Below are positions 29,501 to 41,500 of a DNA stretch of 64,000 nucleotides, piece by piece. The notes under the pieces were generated by a model. That model had not been told where the DNA came from. It searched no databases and saw only the letters and a list, made by a program, of their open reading frames with translations. The DNA comes from Botryllus schlosseri (Eukaryota): NCBI GenBank assembly GCA_051294905.1, contig CM119372.1, positions 620,001 through 684,000 of the forward strand. The letters run 5' to 3'. The stretch's first letter is position 1; each line of letters opens with the position of its first letter. The position numbers and the translations under genes were made by a program.

Positions 29501-32500
29501 GAGACGGAGCCCCGGAGCCGTCCATTTTCAGCGGAGCCGGAGCTGGAGCCAGTTCTATAAACAGTAGCTCCGGCTCCGATGTATTTCATAGGATGATATG
29601 CTCTTACTGATGGCTGAATTCGCATAATATTACGATAATCGTTCAAATAATTGACTAGCATGTCACAAAACAGGATTGATGCTTATGTGATATCAGCAAT
29701 ATACCTAATTAGTATTGAGACGAATATATAAGCGACGCCATAGGATATAACCATGACATTGCTGCACATGTTGAGAGAAACGTTGGACGAGCAAATGCAC
29801 GTTCTTCGTTGATAGTTTTTTAATCGTAGCGCCAAATTGGATAGTGTGTTGATAGTCGACGAATGACAAACAGACTGGTAACGCCTGGTAACTGTATACC
29901 TTACAAACCTCCTATTAACCTGCTTTGTTTTGTCTATGTCATGATTGTTATGTCACACTTTGCCATGTTGGTTTCACTTTAGAATCTGTTTCTATCATTT
30001 TCGTGAAGCAAAAATTCTTCGAGCTATAATTAGGGCAGAGTATGGATTGTGGGGATTCTAGTAGAGTAGTATGAAACGATTTTTTCAAGTACTGAAATTA
30101 CACATATCTTACCACTTAGACTGAATACATAACCAATAATTATAGATTCGATACTTTATTCCCACAGGTAACCTTGAAACTACGTGATCAACATCAGTGT
30201 CATAAAGTGAAACTAAACACGCATGGTCGTCAAAATACCGAATTATCCTAACGTGACGAAGAAACTGTCCTTATTTTGATTGTGGTCGCATAAAGGGTAC
30301 ATATTTGAACTTGCCACATCACCACACAATATACTCAAAGCCTAATACTGGACTCGGAATCAAATCATCCAGTACTGGATTTTGCCTAGCCTAACTTATT
30401 CTAGATCTATCATAATCATTATTGCAATGAATATTGTGACGAAAGCAAATAAAATAGTAACAAATTAACCGATATCCCACCTCGGACATGAATCCATGAG
30501 ATTTCAACGTAAGTGGTTCCCACGTCAGCCAGAAATAATTCCGGGGGCGGGCTTGGCGCGGTGATGGTAGCGGTCCGTTCGCTTTCGCGTTGGTTCCTAG
30601 AGCCTTCGATAGCCACAGAGTACAGGCCGAAGGAGTAATGAGTGGACGGCCTCAGTTTCTCAATGGTCAACTGTAAAGAAATGAGAACATAGATAATAGA
30701 ATAATATAATAGTGAAACGGTGAGAGTGAAATAGTGAGATATTTCCTGGTAGAGTCGAGATAGTTGCCGAAATTTGTGCTACTCGAGTAGAATAGTTGCC
30801 ATAATTGGCAAAATATATAAAGTCAACGAAAAGTACAGATTAAACAACCAACCTTCGAGTCCTGGGTCTGCACTTCGGTCAATCTCCGCAGATCAGAAAT
30901 AGAAACAACATAGGAAGAAGCCCCTTTGATCGGGTCCCACTCCAAAGTCACCGTGGTCGATGTCACCCCCACAACCCGGGGCTTTCCAGGAGAGTCCGGC
31001 ACTAAAATATCGGTTCGTATCAACCACACGGTGGCTACTACGGTTGTTCAAAAATTCCTCTTCAAATTTTACTGTCTCTTTGATAAAATTGTTCGGTTGG
31101 CTAAAAACACTGCGCAGGAAATTTGGATCAATTCCAACCTGTAGAAGTGAAGATACTACAGCTGGAAAAGCTTAAATTTGTTTTAAAAAGGATATTTTTC
31201 AAATTTCACTGGCAACTGCATGAAAGTTGTCAAAAAAATCAATGTATACAGTAACAAATTTAGCTGAATTCCAACCGGTAAAGGTGCAATATTGGTGTTC
31301 AAAGTTTTGGATTTCAAATAATATTATTTACTATTTGTTTCAAATCCAAAATTTTGTACCGGTACTCCAATAACTTCACTTCTACCGGTCAGAATAGAGC
31401 TAAATTTGGTGTGCAGAATTTTTCAGCCAACCTAACAATTTTATCGAAAAGAAGAAAAAGGTTATTTTTGAACAAACCCCAGTAGCTACCCATTCACAAC
31501 AACTCACTGGTCTCTATCAACGTCGGTTCGCTTTCCGCACTCTCAGCGAGATCGTAGCTGAACGCGATCAGAGTCGCAAAATAGCTCTCTCCCCCGTTCA
31601 AGTTATTGATGGTGTATCTCATATTGGTCGTGTTGCGCGATTCAACGAGACCGTCGTCACCCTCGATACGAACGTTCAAAATATAACCAACAGCACCTGT
31701 TGCAAAAAAGGGATACAGTTTCAAGCGTTGGTGAACAATAACAAAGTAATTCTGCATTTTCCGAGCGCTAGAACAAACTCTTTCCACTTGCATTGCTTAC
31801 TCAAGTGCTTTCGAGACTGCTTTCAATTCTGGTGGAACAGTTTTTGGACTAGAAAAGCTCTTACCGGTGACTTTCTTCCAAGTAACGGTGACGGAAGACG
31901 CGGACACTTTGATAATTTGCGGTTTCTCCGGTATCCGTGGCACTGAAAGGCAAAGCAGTTTCAAACAGTTGGGCAACTAGAATAGATTCAGTTTTTCAGA
32001 ATTTGATTAGATTAAGATTTGTAACTACACAGTTTTTTACAAATTAGATTGGAATTTCATTGATGGCTACACAGCTTATTTTTCAAAATTAGACTAGAAT
32101 TACGATTACCGGTAACTACAGTTTTTTCCAAAGTATATGAGAATTAGATACCCGTATATAGCTCCACATTTTGTCTCCAGATTAGATTGGAATTAGAGTG
32201 ATACCTATGAAGTTAATTATATAAAAATAAATAACAAAAAAATTGAAAATTTTCTGTTCACCCCATGAAAGTGATAGGTTGTCTATAGATACGATGTTCA
32301 CCAAATTTGGTTCAATTCCAACCAATAAAACCAGAGTTATTGCCGTCGATAAATTTGAATTTGAATAAAATAGTATTGACGGTGGGCACCAATATAATGA
32401 ATAATTGAAGAATTGGTCACCGTAAATACTATTTTATTCATAATCCAAATTTTTTTGACGGTAATAACTCTGCTTGTACTGGTTGAAATTCAACCAAATT

Positions 32501-35500
32501 TGGTGACCATCGTTTCTGTAGACAACCCAACACTTTCATGGGGTGAACAGAACATTTTCAGTTTTTTTGTTATTTATTTTTAGATAACCAAATTAGGTGT
32601 GGAGGCTTAAATTAGGTAACCTAACAATTTTATCAAGTAGCCAGTGCGATTTGAGAAAAAAAGTCATTTTTGAAGAGCCCTAGTGTACAGTTCTCCTGTA
32701 GCATTTTCATGAAAAGCAAAATTCAGATTCGGATGTAAATGAGAACAAAAAAGATTTGAATAGAATTGGATCAACGGCATTTCCTCTATCAAGTCTAATT
32801 ATACAACTAGCAATATGTAACTGTCTGGGTCCAGTTTCAAAGAAAATTCAGACAACTCACCAGTTAACCCTCGAGCAGGGTCACTAAGCTCCACGTTCAT
32901 CCGACCTCCGCTACCCACCGACCGAATCCTGAACGTGTGCCAAACTCCAGGCTTGAGATCTTCGAATTTGTAGGCAGTATCGCTGGTTCTGAGTTGTTTC
33001 GGACCGGATTCTCCGTCCGCTTGCAACTCCAACATGTATTGTATGGCTCCCTGCACGCTGTCCCACTCGAACGTGAGGGTGGAATTTGTTTTGTCCACGA
33101 GACGAGGTCGGCCGGGCACGTCCGGCACTTGGCGGAAAAATCAATTTCAGTTTGCAGCAAACGACGCTGGCAAAATTTTTAGGCTCCAAACTTTCTGACC
33201 GAATCTCATCAGGAGTGAAGTAGCAAAATTGAAATTATAGACAGAATATTGTCGTTGTGATGCATGGCGATGTTGACATATATTATATCATGTCGTATAT
33301 ATTGGTATGTGCATGAATGTTGTTCAAAAACAACTTTTTTTCATATTTACGGGATTCACTGATTACATTGCCTACGCTACACAGCAAATTTTGCTCAATT
33401 CCAACTTATGAAAGCCGATGGAGAGCCAATTGAAATTTCGAATATTTTTTGGAAACATAGTATTTACAGTGGCAAATTTCGTAACTTCGACATGACCAAA
33501 AATGCGTTACAAGCATGCCTGAAGGGAGAGTGATGCTTTTTCTGTGTGTTTACATCTTGAAAAGGGCCTGTGATAGTGTTTGGGTAAAGATATCACCAAT
33601 TAACGAAAAATAATTCTGACACTGATTAGCTGAAAACTAGTCAGCTCCATTGAAATAGCATTGTTACAACAATAATTCTTTTCAACGCTTTCAGGTGGCG
33701 ACTAACTCTGAAGGCCCCTAGCCGCGTCCTAGTCTATATTGTCATTTGTAATGTAGGCCTACCTTATTTTCCTTGTTTCTTGGTGTGATGAGTAAAAACC
33801 TATCTATCTATTCATGTTATGATGGAAACTACTCACGAACGGCATATAACACAGCGCAGTTCCGGTATAACAGAAATAAAGTGGGCAAAATTTGCTAAAA
33901 ACGTGGGTCAGTCAAAAAGCTTGGTAAATTTGCCAATATTGTTTCTATAATGAAGTTTTGAACCTCAAGAAGCCAATTTCAATTTTGAATTGCAAATACA
34001 TCGATTCTCATCAACTCACACGTTATCACCATCTGTGGGTCACTCTCCCTGCTTTGCACGCCATCTTCTCCTACGGCAGCCACAGTGATTAGGTACGTGA
34101 TGCCCGTTTCAAGTCCGTCAATTTCCGCCACTTGTTGGCTCACTCGCTCTGTCTTGAGAAGTTCTTCGGTGTTTGCGTCACGGAATCTCAGCAAATACCA
34201 CTTGGCGCCTGGTGAAAAGAAGGCATTCGATTTGCCAACAACGTGTCGAGATTAGATTTTCGAGCCAATAGTGATAAAACTGAAAACTAGCACCTTCACT
34301 GATAACCCCAATATATTCAGCCGGTATGCAAAAGATATGGTGTCTAGCTTAAGACGCATTTTTAAAACTTCAGAGGGCTTTTTTCGAGGTACAGAACTTC
34401 AATATACAATTGAGTAGTATATTCATATTGAAATGAACCCGAATATTTTCGGCTGACACTCGTCAGGGGTAATCGTCAGCAACTAGTAGAGAATTGGAAA
34501 GAACATTGTAGATCAACAATCGTATCTCGAAATATGACGTCAAGAGCTTGAAATGAGATCAAATGAGAGCAAGGCTGTAATGACTCGAGTCATGACTCGG
34601 CTCGAGTCAGACTCGAGTCACGATTTTTTGACGACTCGACTCGAGTCATTTTCTTAAAATACGGAAATGACTCGACTCGACTCGAGTCAATCTGTGTATT
34701 GACTCGATTTGGACTCGATACATTGCGCATGACTCGAATCAAGTCATATGACTCGAGACTCAGACGACCAAGACCTACATATAATTGTAATTTCGAAGAA
34801 TAGTAAAGTAACCACACAATTGGGATTCCGTCTATCTTATAAGCTACCGGTACTTGAAAATGCGACTAGAAACAGCTAAAAGTGAAGGAAATGAGTATAT
34901 TATAAATGCAAACCATTCGATATCACCAGAGTTATAAAAAGTGGGTTTAACAAGACGTTAACTGGAAACTGAGCAATCAACACAATGACTTTGACTCGGA
35001 CTCGAGTCATAATGCCATGACTCGGACTCGAACCTCTGCTTGCTGACTTGGACTAGGACTTGACTCGGTGGTGAATTGAAAATGACTCGACTTGACTCGA
35101 GTCAAAACTATAAAATTGAAATTGACTTGTGACTCGGAGCCTTGTGACTTGGTTACAACCCTGGTTCTCACATAATTCCCTCTCAACATGCAAACGCCCG
35201 TCTCCACACCATTTCAGATCAAATTGAAAATTTTCACATCGATCAGGCATTACATTTGGTGCATAACAAACTTTGTTTCAAGAAAATCGGACAATTCGTT
35301 ACAGAGTTATTGCAATTTGAAAAATGAAATTTTGTGCTCACTCGGTCGTGACGCTATACCGCTTGGAACCTGTGTCTATTTGTAATTAACATTATAGTGA
35401 TCAAATTGCTGCCGGGCAGACTTAAATTTTTGTAGTAAGATATTTTGGTATATGCTTATTGTGATAGACCTAAATTTTTAACTTTACTAATGGGGGTTAG

Positions 35501-38500
35501 GGGTCAAATGTCAATTCAAAGTCATCATGTTTTCAAAATCAGCCATGCGTAACAAATATGCAACTCTGCCTAGTGTTATTCTATTTAAACCGATTTTTTC
35601 GAGGAAGGTGTCAAATGGAAGCTTGGAAAGAGTAGAACGTTGCTGAATTGGTATTGCATGTGATATTTGACTGCCACTTGTCTAAAACTTCATTGAAAAG
35701 ATGCGCTCTAATTAGTGCATGACCTGTTCTGCATAAAGTGTCAAAGTATATTTTTAAGCGTGTTCCTGTCTTATATTCAATTCATAACCAATTCTGATGG
35801 ATTCTAATTGGTAACAGCTTTCATATGACACTTTACTTATGAATTTTGAGTTAGATAGAGTCGTGCCACAGAGTTCAGAAATATCGTCACGCATCACTGA
35901 TTTTAACATACTGGTATGTCTATTTTCAAATCAAGATTTGAACCTTGATTTTGTAATGCGGAGGGGAATTCCTAGTGAGTGAAGAACATGTACCACCAAT
36001 CATTGCTTACCAGCATTACTACCTGCAGCCTGTATAAGTAATGATCTTAGCAGTTATAATTGTACGCAAATTTCATGGTTGAGTAAGCACGAAGTCCTCA
36101 TTCTTCATACTGCAATTGCTCAAGAACCGATCAATAAAGTTATATTAATTAAATTATATTCTACTCAGAATTGGGTACTTTAGTAGTACATGATATTGCA
36201 GAGAAATCTGAGAGGGTGTGAAGACGAATTGAAATATTATTTGGATGTTGACTCAATTTACTGATAGGCGGTAAACCCAGAAGCACCCTTGCAAGTATAA
36301 TGCACGTGCAATAAATAAAAGTACTCTGAGCATGACAATAATTATCTACTGAAACACATTATCATATAAGGAGTAGAATAATGGCAAAATCAGATAATCA
36401 CTGAATTAATATAATTTAAATTAATTACAAAATGACCTATTTTGCATTATGCACCATATTATATTTTTAACCATGTTGCTGTCAAATATCAATAACAAAA
36501 CTAAGTTTCGTGCATTCTAGTTGGAAACAGCTTTCAAATGACACCTTGCTTGTGAATTTTGGTTTAAATAGAATTGCACCAGATGAGTTAAAAAATATCG
36601 TTATGCATCACCGATTTTAACATATGCCAATTTTGAAATCGCGTTTTGAACCTTGACCCAATACTGTGGAGCGGGGAAATTCGTGCTAAGTGAAGAACAT
36701 GTACCAACAATTATTGCTAAATAACATTCAAACCTTTACTCTACGTAACCTCTGAGCTTTATCAGTTACAATCATACACAGGTTTTGTGTTGCCAAATTT
36801 CATGGTTGAGTAATCACAAAATCATCATTTTTCAAACTGCAATAACTCGAGAGCCGTTCAACGAAATTGTCCGAAATAAATTTCGTTGTACTCAGAACTA
36901 GATACTTTAGTTGTATATAAATTTAGAGAAAAATCTGAGAGGGTGTGGAGACGGATTTAAAAAATATTTGCATGTTGACAGGGAATTACTCTGTAGTGAA
37001 ATAGGTATAGCTGAAAAACTACTGAACAGTCTTTAATTAATGAGATGTAGAATTGTCATTATAATATCGCTTCGAAATTGTCAATTATTCAATTTACCTC
37101 TCACTCGATTCCATTGCAGGGTAACCGAGTTTTGAGTGATGCTCTGCACACGCAAACCACCGATTTTTTGAGGCACCGTCTGCACTTTCAAAGTAGCCGG
37201 GTTTTCTGAGTCGTACTCCGAATTCTGTCCTAGTGAATAAACGTTGAATATGTACACGGTCCCAACTCCGAGGGCTTGAGCGCTGAAGAAAGTCGCTGAC
37301 ACAGTTCTTTTTATCCAATCCGGAGAGTTTATAGCCTTGAATTGTACGAGATATGATTCAACGCCGACTCTAGCGTCCCAAGTGACGTTGATAGAACGAG
37401 TTGTTCTAGAAACCAGTTCCAAACGGCTTGGGTTGGTCGGCGCGATTCTGGCAGTCACCGATGATCGTTCCTTGCTTTCTGTACCAGCGATTGTTTTTGA
37501 TGACGCGTCAAACCGATACAGTTTTCCTGACAACAACGGCTTGACAATGAACGAGGTTCCGTTGATTTCATCAACTCGAACTAGAAGATCAACTCCAGTA
37601 GATGTCTCGATGTCGTAGGTTCTCACAGAATACGTTGCAGCCCCTGAACAGACGAACAGACAGTTATTTCCAAAATAAGAAAAAAAGAATTCAAATAAAT
37701 ATGATACGGTCATATATAGCAGACCTACAACGTTATGAACATAAATATGTGTTGTAAAAAGTTTAAAGAAGAAATATGTATAGCAATATATTTGAATTTG
37801 ATATGCATATTAGGCAGGTACTTGAAAAGCGAATTTTGGAAATATGTTGGTCTGGCTCTGATGAAATGTTCCTTTTGGGTAAAAGACATAAAAAACCTAG
37901 TTTAAAATATTGAATTGCTATTCATTAATGTTTAGAAGTGGCTCAATGGATGCGAATTTCTACCCATAATTCGTCTAAAAGTGAACAGAATTGTCAAATT
38001 TAAGCAGGATGGACCATATATGATTTGGTGTATTTACTGTACTGATGTACACCAAACAAATGTCCATAAAAAGTTAAAAATGCTTTAAAAAAGAAGACAT
38101 TCCACAGTAATATTTTCATGGACTGTTTTATAATGATATCTGAAGTCCTTAGACTCTGTGCGAGGCATGTTTTTCAATTCGGTTGAAAGTCCTTCTGTTG
38201 ACACAAACTAGGTCGGCATATTTTGATTAAGTCCACTCTCCAAGGCATACAAATGAAAGTGTGAACGGCATCTTCCGACGACACAATCTCGATCATTCTT
38301 CACACAAACAGAATTATCCGACAAATGCTTGCCAACGGCAAAGTTCATGGCTCTTGCCTGTTCTGATTCGAGCTTCAGGGGATGAGTTAAGGGCGACCGC
38401 ATCATGCACGTCTTCTAATAGATCTAGTGACATGTTGATTTACGAGTGTCAGCTGAAAATATTCGGCTTTATTTCACTATGAATGTTTTATTGAATTCTA

Positions 38501-41500
38501 TAGCGAAGTTCTGTACATCGAAGAAGCTCTTCACATGTTTATCCATGGATCCCGAGCTTCTCACCTTTTACCGATTCCCACTCGAGTTTGGCCGACCGGT
38601 CCGTCACGTAGCCGAGAGAAATCTGCGGAGCGTCGGGTATCGTGTGTACGATCAGACGATTGTCGCTCTCACTTCTCTCTCCCCTGTGAAGGACGGCAAG
38701 TTCCAACACGTAGCTCCTGCCTGGGGAGAGTTCTACTGCTCGATAGCTGTTGCCAGATACACTTGTAGATATGACAACCTGCACAATTCACATGCGAAAT
38801 ATGTCATAAGGGCACAGTTAAGATTTTTGTCGCGTGTTACTACTAGGGTTGTACAAAATCAAGTACGAGTGATACAATTCTGAATCGCGTATCACATTTC
38901 GAGTCAAGTATTCCAGTATGGCTCATTACTCATTTTAGGCGTCCAGTTCTACACATCTTCAAGACTATTTGGTAATTTTTAGCAGACCTATTTCATTGCA
39001 CTTTGTGCAAATGCAGTGGGTCGGTCGTGACATCAAAGATATGTCATTTCCATTAACGTGCGTAGCTTTGAACTACATGTTTCATATGCTGTGGTACGAC
39101 CAATCGTGGTTTACAGCCTTCAATAGTGGAAAATGGTCTCGAAACTACAATTCCGGCTGATAAATCAAGAAGCGTATCATTTCATTACTCGAACCATTAC
39201 ATTTAATACACTTCAGGTTTGGGTACTCACCTCATTGGTGTCTAGTCTCTTCACCGTGATGTAATAAAATACGCCTCGTAAATCAGAGGAAGCCCAACTG
39301 ACGGTGAATGAGGTTTTTGTGACTGACAATGGATCGAGAACCATCTTTGGCACCTCAATTCCTGCACAAAAAGTATCGTTGAATGTTGATAAACGTGGAA
39401 TTTTGCGAGAATTTACCGGTAGAGAGAAAAGACACAGCCCGCGGCCCTCGTTTCCCATCGCCGTCAATGGCCCAGGCGTCGAGCGAGTACCGAGTTCCTT
39501 GCTCCAAGTCGCCGAAAGTGACTGATGTTTGATTGGATGCGGCCGTTTTCGACTGAAAAGCCTCTTTTCCACCGGAAAGTCGAATCTGCCCAAGACAACA
39601 AAGTGTATAGTAGGGCTCTTCAAAAATGACTTCTTTACTCAAGTCACACTGGCTACTTGATAAAATTGTTAGGTTACCTAATTTAAGCCTACACACCAAA
39701 TTTGGTTCAATTCCAACCAGTAGCCGCATTGCTACAGGAGAACAAAGTTTCTACTTATTATATAAAAATAAATAACAAAAAATTTGAAAATTTTCTGTTC
39801 ACCCCATGAAATTGTTAGGTTGTATATAGAAACGATGTTCACCAAATTTGGGTGAATTCCAACCAGTGGAAGCGGAGTTATCGCCGTCGAAAAATTTGGA
39901 TTATCAATAAATAGTATTTACGGTGACCAATTCCTTAATTATTTATTATAGTGGTGCCCACCGTAAATACTATTTTATTCAAATCCAAATTTTTCGACAA
40001 AAATAACTTCGCTTGTACTGGTTGGAACTCAACCAAATTTGGTGAACATTGTTTCTATAGACAACCTAACACTTTCATAGGGTGAACAGAAAATTTTCAA
40101 ATTTTTGGTTATTTATTTTTATATAATAAATAGAAACTTTCTTCTCCTGTAGCAATGCGGCTACTGGTTGGAATTGAACCAAATTTGGTGTGTAGGCTTA
40201 AATTAGGTAACCTAACAATTTTATCAAGTAGCCAGTGCGATTTGAGAAAAAAAGTCATTTTTGAAGAGCCCTAGTGTATAGGCTCCTCAAGCTTAAAGAC
40301 AAGGGTTGGGCAAAATCCAGTAATCGAGAGATTACATTGTGAACCAAGTATTAATCATCCGAGTCGAGTATTCAAGTATCATTCATTATGATGTCATACA
40401 GATGTGACTGATGTGGAATGTTCAAAAATGTACTTTTTATAAGATTGCCAAGAAAATAATTCCATTTCTATGCCCAATAAAATTAATTTGGTACTTTAAC
40501 AACATCGGACTTTCTGATCACAAAATCCCAGAAATGTCATTTGCACTAACGTGCGTGGTACTGTGGCGTACTGCTTATTTCATACGCTGTAATACAAACT
40601 ATCGTTGGAAAATATTATCAAAATGATAATTAATAAAAATATTTATTAAATTAACTCAAAATGTAAAGGAGCGTATAATTTCAGTACTCGAAGAATTTCT
40701 CTCTCACTACTCGAAGCGAATTATTACAATTAATGCTCAATTCAGATACAAGTATTCGAATACTGTGTCCAATCCTAACGAAAAGTGAATCATTTCTTCG
40801 AACCTGAATGAAATATTCCGATGCAAAAGGTTGCGAGGTCCACACGACCTGTATAGAACGGTCCGTGATGCGTCCGCGCTCCAGCTGCATTTGCGAGATT
40901 GCTGAACATAAATATTGTATGAACGGTACAATCTCACAATATGACTGACATGATACCTCCAGGGTTGCAATGACTCGAGACCGACTCGAGATGCCATTTT
41001 TGAAAATGACTCGACTAGAGTTGAGTCGTTTTTCTATATTCCTATGATTATATCAAATCATATGACTCACGAAAAATAGGACTTGTCTATTACCTATTTC
41101 AATAAACATATTAGGAGTAGATGTGGTCAAAGTACTCAGTGTTGGTCCTCAAGTAAAAGCAACAATTTGCATCTAAGCAAAAAGTACGTATTCTAGGTGT
41201 AGTTTTACCTAAAATACTGTAAGGTAAAAGTAGTAGTTTAAAATCAAAACCCCTTGAGGAAGTAGTACAAGTAGGCAAAACGTACTTGAGTACTTTGATA
41301 AAGTAGAAGTACTTCCTTACTGACCGTCTTTGGATAAGAGTGAGGCAGATGGGCATACTATGAATGCGTGGAATTCGTTTCACCTCAGCAGAGTTGTGAA
41401 AATGAGTTGAACATGGCTTAGACTGAACAGTAATACACAGTACCGTAGTCCGTATGCCTTTACGACTTCTGACTTGGACTCGGACTCGAGTCTCAACACT

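Noticed and set aside
38676..38690. Integrin-binding motif in the F-G loop of FN3 domain 2
   Set aside because: The sequence is RGE (LHRGERS), not RGD.
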